A DNA stretch of 35,979 bases from an uncultured bacterium (GCA_963977015.1 CAXBMO010000038.1:1-35979); one strand, 5' to 3'. Positions 26,997-35,874 are shown, counted from the stretch's first letter. Program-made: numbers and translations. Notes: generated by a model from the letters alone, not told the origin.

Positions 26997-29192
26997 TCAC
27001 TCAGTTGTCTCAAATCCAAGTTCCGTTGCCGCCGCGATGATCTTGTCGCGAAACTCGCGTTGCTCCTCACTGATTTGGTAAGCCCAAAGCGCGATGATGA
27101 GCGCGGGGATGGCGACCGTCCACGTTGGGAAAATGGCGAAGGCGAGGATCAGCAGCGCGAGCCAAAGCGCGTGGACGAACCATGTTTGCCAGCTCATCGC
27201 CCAGTCAATGTCGCAGCGCACCAAGGTGGCGCCACCGTCGTGGTATTCCGTCGCGGTCCGCAGCTTGCCGGCAACCAGCGGCGACACAGCCGCCAGCAAA
27301 TCCCACCGGCTCCACTCGCCGGGAGGCCAAACCACATCTCCGTTTTCGCTGAGCTTCAAGCGCAGCGCATCGAGCAGGTCATTGCGATCCAATCCCTTGG
27401 AACTGAGAAACGCCAGCGCGTCGTGCCCGCTCGGGAAACCGTCAATCTGGCGAAAGCGCGGAAACCGCCAACTCGTCACGATCCGTTTGAACCCCCGGCG
27501 AAACTTCGCCCAACCCGCCGTTGCATGCATCGCCAGCGCGGTCCCGGTGGAGCGGAAACGGGGATCAATCTGGCCGAATGTCGGTTTCCCGGGCTCGGCG
27601 TAAACCACCTGAAAGGAGGCATCGCCGCGTTGCCCGTGAAACACCCGGGTGCCGGAAGCCGGTTCGTGCTCGTAGACCCAGCCTTCCCAACGAATTGGAC
27701 CGAACCCGGCGCAACGATCCGGATGCGCGGAGATCAGCAGCCCCTCGGCCTCACCGTAACCAACCTGCTGCCGAATGTAAGCCGCGAAACTGAAACGTCG
27801 CTGGTGCCAGACAAACGCCGGAGGGCAAAACCCGATCCGAAGTCCCGCGTTACGCAATCGCCAACAAAAATCCACATCATCGCCCGCCTTGCGAAACCGT
27901 TCGTCAAAGCCGCCAACCGCCTCCCAGGCCGATTTCCGCACCGCCAGGTTGCAACCCGCGACGTGCTCGGCCTCCTCGTCATCCAGCATCACATGACAGG
28001 GACCGCCGGGCGCGGCGATGATGCACGCCTGCTCCCAGTTGGTTGGCGCCGGGGGGATGTTCGGCCCTCCCGCGGCGGCAAACTCCGCGTCCTCAAAAAA
28101 CGTCGCCAGCCAGAACAGCCACTCGCCATCCACCTCGCAGTCATCATCGGTAAATGCGATGATTTCGCCCTTCGCCTTTGCGGCTCCCAGATTTCGCGCT
28201 GCGCTCAACCCTCTGTGTTTCAGCGGCAAATGCCGCACCCTGGCAAAGTCGGAAACCACGCGCTCCACCTCCTCATCCTTGCCATCGTTCACCACCATCA
28301 CTTCCAACTCCGGATAATCCAACTTCTCCAGCGCCTCCAGGCAACCGCGCAACAGCCGGTGGCGACGATGCGTGCAAACCACCACTGAAATCAGCGGCGC
28401 TTCCGCCAGGTTCGGACGCAACCCGGGACTCGATTCGGGCAACGCCTCCTCCAGGGCGGCCGGATCACCTGCAATCTCCACACCCGCGACCCCCGCCTTC
28501 GCGCACTCCTCCAGAAACCAGCGCTGCTCTCCCGCATTTTGCGGCGAGGCATTCACCACCAGCGGCAAATCGCCCGCCTGAATCTGCAAGCGCTTCAAAT
28601 ACGCGCGAACCTCTTCTCGATCACTCAGCTCCACGCAAAAACTCACCAGATCCTGGCCCGGCGGGCGCAGATAATCCGTCGGCGCAAAATTGCGATACCC
28701 AAACTGACACAACGGCGCCGCCTTTTCCCCCAGCTCGATCAATTCGCCCAATGCCCGCTTGATTCGGCGCGGTCCCATCCAGCGCACCAGGGTCGAGGGA
28801 ATTCGATCCGCCACCAGGATCCCCATCAGCACCGGATCCTCGCCAAACTCCTCCGTCAGCGCCAGAATTTGCTCCTTTGCCTTCTTCAGTTCGCTCGACT
28901 TCGCCTGCAAAAAATCCACTTCGTGGTTCCAATCCAGCGAGATGAGCAACCGAAAGTCGCGATCCCGCGCCAACTCCAACAGTTCGGGGGAGGGACGCCC
29001 CAGAATCCGCAACGTGTTGTAGCCCAGATCCCGCAACAGTCCGCCAAAGTTCCCCAATTCGGCCCCTTCCGGCAACCCGCTCGTGCAATTGGCAATTTTC
29101 GCAAACCAGCGCGCTCCTCCCGCGCCAAAGAACTTGCCATCGTTTTCGATTCGACTCAGGGATGCGGCAGTGGGCGGGATGGGTTCGGACAA
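26997..29192 (-). CDS. Glycosyltransferase family 2 with an N-terminal degenerate glycoside-hydrolase-like TIM barrel and C-terminal TM segments
   Basis: ISVVVCT, VVNDG, GLSAARNLG, AFTDDDC, GCNLAVRK...GGFDERFRKAGDDVDFCWRL, QQVGYGEAE. N-terminal GYNTLRI and IPSTLVRWMG. Confidence 0.88.
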   Translation of the reverse strand: MSEPIPPTAASLSRIENDGKFFGAGGARWFAKIANCTSGLPEGAELGNFGGLLRDLGYNTLRILGRPSPELLELARDRDFRLLISLDWNHEVDFLQAKSSELKKAKEQILALTEEFGEDPVLMGILVADRIPSTLVRWMGPRRIKRALGELIELGEKAAPLCQFGYRNFAPTDYLRPPGQDLVSFCVELSDREEVRAYLKRLQIQAGDLPLVVNASPQNAGEQRWFLEECAKAGVAGVEIAGDPAALEEALPESSPGLRPNLAEAPLISVVVCTHRRHRLLRGCLEALEKLDYPELEVMVVNDGKDEEVERVVSDFARVRHLPLKHRGLSAARNLGAAKAKGEIIAFTDDDCEVDGEWLFWLATFFEDAEFAAAGGPNIPPAPTNWEQACIIAAPGGPCHVMLDDEEAEHVAGCNLAVRKSAWEAVGGFDERFRKAGDDVDFCWRLRNAGLRIGFCPPAFVWHQRRFSFAAYIRQQVGYGEAEGLLISAHPDRCAGFGPIRWEGWVYEHEPASGTRVFHGQRGDASFQVVYAEPGKPTFGQIDPRFRSTGTALAMHATAGWAKFRRGFKRIVTSWRFPRFRQIDGFPSGHDALAFLSSKGLDRNDLLDALRLKLSENGDVVWPPGEWSRWDLLAAVSPLVAGKLRTATEYHDGGATLVRCDIDWAMSWQTWFVHALWLALLILAFAIFPTWTVAIPALIIALWAYQISEEQREFRDKIIAAATELGFETTE

Positions 29193-29247
29193 AATCGGCG
29201 TTTGATTGTCATTGGTTACCGTCGAACCTCCAGAGTTTCAAATTACG

Positions 29248-29802
29248 ATGAAGAAAACGCACCAACTCCTGCTTCTTTCTCTCGCCGCAGCAGTTCTTAC
29301 CGGCTGCATCAAGGACCGCGACAACGTCCTCTACGTCAGCGTTCCCCAGCAGCGGCTCGAACTCCGCCACCTGGGGCTTCCCGTCGCCAGCTACGGTGTC
29401 TCCACCTCCAAATACGGGCTTGGCGACACCCCGCGCAGCAACAAAACCCCGCTCGGCACCATGGAAGTCGCCCGTAAAATCGGCTCCGGCAAGCCGCTCG
29501 GCACCGTCTTCAAAAGCCGCAAGCCCACCGGCGAAATTCTGCAACCCGACGCCCCTGGCCGCGACCCCATCGTCACCCGCATTCTCTGGCTTCGTGGTCT
29601 CGAACCGCAGAATCAGAACGCCTACGGTCGTTACATCTACATCCACGGCACCCCGGAAGAACGCAACATTGGCAGCCCCGTCAGCTATGGCTGCATCCGC
29701 ATGAAATCGCGCGACATCATCGATCTCTACGACCGCATTGGCACCGGAGCCCGCGTCCTCGTCATCAACGGCCCCTTCCCGCCAGTGGAAGTCGGTCCCT
29801 GA
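29248..29802 (+). CDS. L,D-transpeptidase (YkuD family) lipoprotein
   Basis: Lipobox LTGC; VSTSKYGLG, TPLG, YIYIHGT...SYGCIRM. ATG 29248. Confidence 0.92.
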   Translation: MKKTHQLLLLSLAAAVLTGCIKDRDNVLYVSVPQQRLELRHLGLPVASYGVSTSKYGLGDTPRSNKTPLGTMEVARKIGSGKPLGTVFKSRKPTGEILQPDAPGRDPIVTRILWLRGLEPQNQNAYGRYIYIHGTPEERNIGSPVSYGCIRMKSRDIIDLYDRIGTGARVLVINGPFPPVEVGP

Positions 29803-29889
29803 TCGAGGGCGAAGACCGGTTTCGTTGAAATATCCGCTGGTCGAGGTTGGACGTTTGGCGAAAGGTTGGCCTTTTTTTCAAACCCAACG

Positions 29890-31089
29890 ATGATGAAATC
29901 CCTCTTTTGCCTCTGCGCCCTTCTGCTTGGTTCCGCATCCCTCTCGAATGCGGCGGAAACGGACACGATTCCTGTCGATTCCCCTGCGTTCGTCTTTTCT
30001 CCGGCGAATTGGACCGGTGACTCGGGACGGGGAGGGAGTGAGTTCCGCCAAACCTGGTATTCCGGAGCCTATTTCCGGGTGACCTGGGAAACCTCCTCCG
30101 AAGAACCCACGGCGACGCTGCTGTTTGATACCTCGGGCTATCCGAAAGGGTTCAGTCGGCCCCGGTTTGCCTACAACATTGATGGTGCCTGGAAGTCGCA
30201 GGTGGCGTGCACGGATGAGGTGGTGATTGAGAACCTTCGCGGCGCAGGGAGGCACGAACTGACGGTTTACCTGCATCAAACGCGGCAGGAAAAACGTTGG
30301 GGCAGCGAGGGGCAGAGCGGCGTGAATGTGTTGCGTCTGCTGGGGCTGCGTGTAGACGCGGGGAGTGAGCCCGTTGTCGGGAAACCCGCAGGAAAATGGG
30401 CGATGATTGTTGGCGACAGCATTACCGAGGGAATTGGCGCGACGGCCTTGGCCGGATACTCGCACCTGGTGGGCCAGGCGCTGCAAACGCAGGGCTATGA
30501 GGTGGCGGTGAGCGCGTGTGGCTGGAGCGGATGGATCAACAAAGGGGATAACCCGCCGGGGGACGTGCCCGGCTATTATGTGGTGACCCAGTCCCAAGAT
30601 GGAAAAGGCGGCGAGTATGATGATGCGGCGAGCCGGTGGAACAAGATCGATGGCAATGGGCATTCCCTGCTCGACGCGAACGGCCGGCTCAGTGCCTACG
30701 GGGAGACCGGTCAGGAGCCCGCCCTGATCATGATCAACTACGGGACCAACGATGCCCTGCACAAATCGAATCCGAGCGACACGCTGGCCAGCATGACCCA
30801 ATGCCTCGGCGCGTTGCGCAAGAGCGCTCCCGAAGCGCAAATCGTGCTGCTGATCCCGTTTGGCCAGTATTTCGCAGCGGAGTTGAAGCAGGCGGTGGAG
30901 ATGCACCGGGAAGCTCATCCCACAGATGACCAAGTCGCAATCATCGACCTGGGGCCCGGCGTAAAAAGGACGCTCGCGGTGAAGGACGGAATCATGGGCG
31001 GTCTGCATCCGAACGATCGCGGCCATGCGAACTTTGCGGCCAGGATCATTCCGCAACTGATGCGGATTCTGGACGGTGATTCCCAGTAG
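29890..31089 (+). CDS. Secreted SGNH/GDSL hydrolase with an N-terminal beta domain (CE2-like architecture)
   Basis: Signal peptide; VGDSITEG, ACGWSGW, INYGTND, GLHPN. Confidence 0.85.
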   Translation: MMKSLFCLCALLLGSASLSNAAETDTIPVDSPAFVFSPANWTGDSGRGGSEFRQTWYSGAYFRVTWETSSEEPTATLLFDTSGYPKGFSRPRFAYNIDGAWKSQVACTDEVVIENLRGAGRHELTVYLHQTRQEKRWGSEGQSGVNVLRLLGLRVDAGSEPVVGKPAGKWAMIVGDSITEGIGATALAGYSHLVGQALQTQGYEVAVSACGWSGWINKGDNPPGDVPGYYVVTQSQDGKGGEYDDAASRWNKIDGNGHSLLDANGRLSAYGETGQEPALIMINYGTNDALHKSNPSDTLASMTQCLGALRKSAPEAQIVLLIPFGQYFAAELKQAVEMHREAHPTDDQVAIIDLGPGVKRTLAVKDGIMGGLHPNDRGHANFAARIIPQLMRILDGDSQ

Positions 31090-31148
31090 TCCCGCCACCC
31101 GGAGGGAGGAGAGAATTCGCGGAAATCAAATTGGGAGGTTGCCGGTTT

Positions 31149-32183
31149 TTACTCGGCTGCTGCTCCCAGGAAGATTTGGCTGACCTTGCCGTCGGTATAG
31201 GTGAACAGCAATCCGCCATAGATCGAACCGGCGACGAAGAGTTCTCCGGACCGGCTGTCTTCCTTGCTCTTCTCATCGGCGTAAGCCCCTTCAACTTCGG
31301 CCTCGGTGGAGCCGATCCCAATGCCTTTGGCGGTTTGGAAGGTGGAAGGGGAGGTGACGGTGATGGAGTAGACTTCCTTGGCGCCGCCGGGTTCGTAGGT
31401 TCCGAGGTCGAGCTGGACCCCCATGCCCGCGAAATCCCATTCCTGGAGGTAGCTGCCCGTGGCTTCTTCGAGCACTTCCGCGGAGATGTTGGGGCGAACC
31501 GGCAGTTTGCTTTTGACGCCGGCTTCCGAGAGGCCGAGGCGAAGCGGACCGACCGACTCGCGTTCCATCAGGGAGAGGAAGAGGTAGCTGATCTCGCTGA
31601 GGGTGGTATGGATCTTGGCGAAGTCCGGGTGGGAGGAGGAGAAGACGGCATCGCCGAGGACCTGGATGGAGTCGTCCGGATTCCAGTAGTTGGGGTCGTA
31701 GCTCATGGTGCCGAGGAAGAGCCGGCCCAGCGTGTGATGTTTTTCCAATTCGCCATCGCCCCAGGAAGAGATGCGCCCGCCGTAGTCCCACTCGAAACCG
31801 TAGAGCTCGAACGGACCGCCATTGGCTTCGTGGAGATCCTTCAAGGTTGAGCCGATGGTGAGACCGCCGGGCGAGACCCAGGGCGTGCCGGGCCGGGAAA
31901 TGCGAACCATGGAGGGATCGGAAAGTCCCTCAAGATCGAACCAGAAGACGATCATCTCCTTGCGGGAGCCGGGAAAGAGAACCGTGGCGGTCTCGGTCTG
32001 GCCCTCGCCGATGTAGACCTCCTCAGTGACGACATTTTTCGCCCCCAGCGCAGCGGCAAGGCTTGCGGCGGTGGACTTGACGGTGACGGGACCGACGCGT
32101 TCACCCAACACCACTTCGTCATGGGCGTGAAGGGCCGTTACAATGACGAGGCTGAGGAGAGAGCAGATCGGTAGAGTTCGCAT
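31149..32183 (-). CDS. Secreted hypothetical protein with two related domains
   Basis: Signal MRTLPICSLLSLVIVTALHA; GLTIGSTLKDLHEANGGPFELYGFEWDYGG and TAKGIGIGSTEAEVEGAY. Confidence 0.8.
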   Translation of the reverse strand: MRTLPICSLLSLVIVTALHAHDEVVLGERVGPVTVKSTAASLAAALGAKNVVTEEVYIGEGQTETATVLFPGSRKEMIVFWFDLEGLSDPSMVRISRPGTPWVSPGGLTIGSTLKDLHEANGGPFELYGFEWDYGGRISSWGDGELEKHHTLGRLFLGTMSYDPNYWNPDDSIQVLGDAVFSSSHPDFAKIHTTLSEISYLFLSLMERESVGPLRLGLSEAGVKSKLPVRPNISAEVLEEATGSYLQEWDFAGMGVQLDLGTYEPGGAKEVYSITVTSPSTFQTAKGIGIGSTEAEVEGAYADEKSKEDSRSGELFVAGSIYGGLLFTYTDGKVSQIFLGAAAE

Positions 32184-32241
32184 CAGTGGCAGGAGTCGGA
32201 GAAAAACCACCAAACGTCAAATCCGAAGCGAATCCCGGATC

Positions 32242-32255
32242 CAACCAATTGGTTG
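32242..32255. promoter_or_regulatory. Perfect 14-bp palindrome CAACCAATTGGTTG, candidate operator
   Basis: Self-complementary; lies between two divergently transcribed genes. Confidence 0.4.
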
Positions 32256-32450
32256 ATTGAATGTGGCCTACAGGGCGTTCAACTCATTCAGCATCTCCAA
32301 CAGGTTTTCATCCAGGCAAAGTTTTGGAGAATGGGTTGAACGAAGAGTTTCGCTCGTGTCCGTCCTGGACTTTTGGCAGTCGCAACATGGTGGAGGCTTT
32401 GACTGACAATTCAGTTGATTCAGTTCTGCGAATCGGGCTAGTAGAATCCG

Positions 32451-33677
32451 ATGAGAATCAAGTTGCGTAATTGGTGGGAGGCTCGCAGGACCTCGGTGTC
32501 CAGATCCAAAGTGGTTCGCTGGGGATTTGTGGCATTGGCAATCAGCCCTTTGCTCGCAGCAACGGGCTATTCACAAATCGCAGGGCAGCAGGGGCTGAAT
32601 TACAAAATCCCGGCGAATGGATGCGAGTTCAAGTTAACGTCGGTTGGACTCGATGGAGAATTTATTGCCGAATGGGGAGACGGAGAAAACGGGCGCTGTA
32701 TTTATCGTGATGCGAATCCGAGAGGCTCGGTTCTCAAGGAGTATGATTCTCGCACTTTTCGGCTCAATCCCAACGGAATTTCCGGAGTGGATCAGACCCA
32801 AGCCTTTATCCAGCAGCGCAACGGGAAGGTTTTGCTGGCAAAGCGCTACTCGGATGGATTTTGGTGTGGACCTTTCGATCGAACGAGTGAGGGGCCGCAT
32901 TACCTTTTCTTCTATGGTCAGAATCGTGAACGAAATGGGAGTGGGGTGGTGTCAATGCATTGCGATGGAAGGCAAGTTTGGTCAAAAACGTTGAAATGGA
33001 AGCAGACCGAAAAGTATGGAAGGCGTGTCGTCGGCATGTTTAAGATTGAGGACGGGATGCTCCAAATCTTGTCGCTTCCGGAAGCGCAGCAGCTGGGATT
33101 TATATCGGATCCTTCGATGGTGGATATCCATTTGGCGAGGGATGCGGCTGGAGTTCCCGCTGATGTGTTTGCAGATTTGTCGAAAGGGAAAAAGCTGTCG
33201 TTGGCTCTCATGGCCAGTCTTCCACCGGAATTTCTCAAAGGGAGAGTTGTGCGCTCAAGTGGCCTGCTTGCCCTCTTGATAGCGAGTCAGGGACCGCAGG
33301 ATTTCACGGTCAATTCGGTGGATCTCGCAAGTGACGGACAACTTTCGATCAAAACTCAGGTTGGCCCTTATCCGGGATCAATTTTGGTTTTTCCGTCGAG
33401 TGGATCGGAGGATTTTGCGACCTCAACCGGAAAAGGGACCGTCTTTCTTTCGGACTCACCACGAATCGAACTTGCCGATGAAGATAATTATTTTGCAACG
33501 CTGGCGACCATCAAGACTGCCGGTGAAACCAAGACCATTGTGATGACCATTCCGATGAAGACGAGTGGGAGCGGGATTTTTGCCGGGGGAGCTCAGTCCA
33601 AAATGGGAGCTGGGCTTGTTGGCAGCTTGCCCGCAGCGGTGGACTCCATGATACGAACGTTTCTCGACAAGAACTAA
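32451..33677 (+). CDS. Hypothetical exported beta-rich protein
   Basis: 408-aa ORF with an N-terminal hydrophobic segment (WGFVALAISPLLAA). No family recognised. Confidence 0.7.
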   Translation: MRIKLRNWWEARRTSVSRSKVVRWGFVALAISPLLAATGYSQIAGQQGLNYKIPANGCEFKLTSVGLDGEFIAEWGDGENGRCIYRDANPRGSVLKEYDSRTFRLNPNGISGVDQTQAFIQQRNGKVLLAKRYSDGFWCGPFDRTSEGPHYLFFYGQNRERNGSGVVSMHCDGRQVWSKTLKWKQTEKYGRRVVGMFKIEDGMLQILSLPEAQQLGFISDPSMVDIHLARDAAGVPADVFADLSKGKKLSLALMASLPPEFLKGRVVRSSGLLALLIASQGPQDFTVNSVDLASDGQLSIKTQVGPYPGSILVFPSSGSEDFATSTGKGTVFLSDSPRIELADEDNYFATLATIKTAGETKTIVMTIPMKTSGSGIFAGGAQSKMGAGLVGSLPAAVDSMIRTFLDKN

Positions 33678-33991
33678 GCGGTTGGCAGGGGAGTCATGGA
33701 TCGGCTTCGCGTGCTAGGAGGTTGGGACGGCCGGTCCAACGTTCAGAAATTTAGCAATCCAGTCATGCGTCCCTCTTGAACGCAAAACAGCGGCGCCCAA
33801 GGGACACCGGGCAAAGAGATGTCGGCCAAGGGGGCGGCGCTCTTTGATCGTGGGTAAGACCGGGCAAGACGACGATTTCAATGGGGGAGCGAGCGCTTGA
33901 AGAACTCAAGCAAGCGTTGTCGCCCGCGATTTCGGCATTCGCAGTTTGCCTTCATGGCGGCAATTGGTTAAAAATCAGTGAAGAATGATAT

Positions 33992-34022
33992 TTTATGCAA
34001 GAATAGCCCGTCCCTTATTTTT
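33992..34022 (+). repeat. 31-bp direct repeat, copy 1 (TTTATGCAAGAATAGCCCGTCCCTTATTTTT)
   Basis: Identical to 34801-34831; followed by a tandem CCTTATTTTTTCCT x2 (34013-34040). Confidence 0.95.
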
Positions 34023-34074
34023 TCCTCCTTATTTTTTCCTAACTTTAACGGAGGCTCAAGCGCTCGCATTTTAA

Positions 34075-34800
34075 ATGGATACAGCAATATTTCAATTCTG
34101 CGGGTGTGAACAAATTGACGTATTTGGAGCCTTGGAGGTATTCGAGAAAGAGAGTGAGCGAGCTTTGAATTTGATTATAAACGAGTCCGCTAAAAAGCCA
34201 GTTCCTCGGACTTTTGACTCCTCGCATATTACCAGTCGGCAGAAGGCGATAATAAACGAAGGAAAAAATGTATCGTTTGTCGACTCTGTAGCGGAAAGGG
34301 ATATTCTATTTAATTGGGGCGCATTTTTTCATTTTGACTTTGAAAGAACAGTTGTCAGTGGAGGGTTTGTTGTTCAGTCTGACCGGAGCCTTTCAAGGGT
34401 TGATGAAATTGCTCGTGTGGTTTCTTTTGAGTATGGCTACGCTACCATAATGGATACCAACTACCTAAACCCATGGTTATACTTGGGAGGGATCGCAGGG
34501 GGGGGGAGTTTGGTGACCTCAGGTCCAGAATACGAAAAGAGAATCATGATGGGCCGCTGGGGAACTCATCAATATGGCTCTCACGAACGAGGGCTAATTC
34601 GCGCAATATACGAAAAAAACTATTTTGGGACGAAAATGTTAAAGAGCGTGATTAAAGACAAGCCCTTAGAAAAGGAAATTGAAGATATTTCAGGATGTGG
34701 ATTGGATCAGCTCTCCCCCACTCTGTTGGTCCTTTCAGTGCCGAGGGAGCAGTGCAATCGAGTGATGGAGGAACTAAGGCATAGGGTTATTGCGCGATAG
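34075..34800 (+). CDS. Hypothetical protein, possibly a polymorphic-toxin immunity protein
   Basis: 241-aa ORF in AT-rich DNA filling the space between two direct repeats; YGY...PWLYLGG...W...GLIRAIYEKN pattern. Function is an inference. Confidence 0.7.
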   Translation: MDTAIFQFCGCEQIDVFGALEVFEKESERALNLIINESAKKPVPRTFDSSHITSRQKAIINEGKNVSFVDSVAERDILFNWGAFFHFDFERTVVSGGFVVQSDRSLSRVDEIARVVSFEYGYATIMDTNYLNPWLYLGGIAGGGSLVTSGPEYEKRIMMGRWGTHQYGSHERGLIRAIYEKNYFGTKMLKSVIKDKPLEKEIEDISGCGLDQLSPTLLVLSVPREQCNRVMEELRHRVIAR

Positions 34801-34831
34801 TTTATGCAAGAATAGCCCGTCCCTTATTTTT
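34801..34831 (+). repeat. 31-bp direct repeat, copy 2
   Basis: Identical to 33992-34022; begins immediately after the TAG at 34800. Confidence 0.95.
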
Positions 34832-34874
34832 CTCCTATTTTTCTCGCGGGCCTTGGCTTCGTCACACATTTCGC

Positions 34875-34901
34875 ATGTAAAAAAAGCCCGTTCCCAATTT
34901 T
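34875..34901 (+). repeat. Degenerate third copy of the repeat (ATGTAAAAAAAGCCCGTTCCCAATTTT)
   Basis: 21/27 ungapped identity to the repeat core by manual alignment. Confidence 0.7.
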
Positions 34902-34924
34902 AGGAGGTTTGAAACGCGGCTCTC

Positions 34925-35407
34925 CTATTCGTCGCTGCCTTCTTTTTTCGACCCCTTCGGATAAATGATAGTTGCCTTCTTTTTGAATCGGATTTCACCA
35001 TCATCTATGTCACGATCTTTAATCTGAGTTGATGGTTCTGGAGCTTCCGCAGACTCATGATTATGAATAATGTCAGAGTAGATCCCCCTGTATTGATTGT
35101 CAAAGGTCGCAACCTCGCGCCCCGGGAAATTGGACATGGCTGCGACAAATTCATCACGCTCAAAACCATCTTCACTCGGAGAATCTCCAAAAACTCTGAG
35201 GTATAAAGCTTCCAAATCCAGAGCCAATTGCGAGTGGCCCATTTTTTTCAACTCATTTCCAGCCATCCTCACCTCTTGCGGAGAGGTAAAGATCATATAC
35301 TCCAGGATTCCTGAATTCTGAGCAAGTGCGCACAACTGTAGCGCCGCTTCGTAAGAAGGCTTGTTTTGCTGACCTTTGTTGACATTGGCATCATTATTAT
35401 CTTTCAT
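34925..35407 (-). CDS. DUF4375/DMP19-like acidic protein
   Basis: AQNSGILEY (compare NNGGFxQY), LKKMGH..LA, FGDSPSEDGFERDE, FDNQY pattern. Confidence 0.55.
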   Translation of the reverse strand: MKDNNDANVNKGQQNKPSYEAALQLCALAQNSGILEYMIFTSPQEVRMAGNELKKMGHSQLALDLEALYLRVFGDSPSEDGFERDEFVAAMSNFPGREVATFDNQYRGIYSDIIHNHESAEAPEPSTQIKDRDIDDGEIRFKKKATIIYPKGSKKEGSDE

Positions 35408-35500
35408 GGTCTTTGTGTTTAGGTGTTTAGGTGGCGGGGGTGACGATTACATTAAGGTGTTTTCACGCGTAAATGTCTGTAAAGCAATTGATTGGTCTGC

Positions 35501-35831
35501 TTAGGTGCGTACGTTATAGAGGTATTCTGCGTAAAAAAAAGCCAGCCCAACTATATTAAGTAGAGCTGATCCCAGTAATTCTATGTAAATCAACATTACG
35601 ATGTTTATACCTCCAACGGTATATATCCATCTTTTGACGCGTGCCATCTGCCTTTGCTTTACCTTCAATGCTAAGAAGAATCGAATACTCAACAAACGAA
35701 CTCCAAGAAACGAATTTTGGAACTTTCGACTGTTTTCCTTGCTGTTTGAGAAACGGATGAACAAAGCCCAGTGAATAAGTGAGATCGGTTACGATGACGA
35801 CAAATGCCAATATCACAATTACGACATACAT
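35501..35831 (-). pseudogene. Small membrane protein gene, possibly frameshifted
   Basis: ORF 35556-35831 has an N-terminal TM segment; the overlapping frame 35501-35764 supplies a hydrophobic C-terminus. Confidence 0.35.
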
Positions 35832-35874
35832 TGTAAAAAATAGGTGACATCTGCTAGAAAATCAAATCGCCACC

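Noticed and set aside
33721-33740. Imperfect hairpin GTTGGGACGGCCGGTCCAAC after the 33677 stop
   Set aside because: No U-tract and only one copy; cannot be called a terminator or REP.
33915-33955. Minus-strand ATGAAGGCAAACTGCGAATGCCGAAATCGCGGGC as a decayed start of a Y1/RAYT-like transposase (MARxLRxExxG)
   Set aside because: It needs several frameshifts and no downstream YHV/HUH motif is visible; too weak without a tblastn search.
33992-34901. 31-bp repeats as CRISPR repeats or integron attC sites
   Set aside because: The spacing is about 780 bp and contains a gene. There is no dyad symmetry, no RYYYAAC/GTTRRRY core pair and no intI or cas gene in the window.
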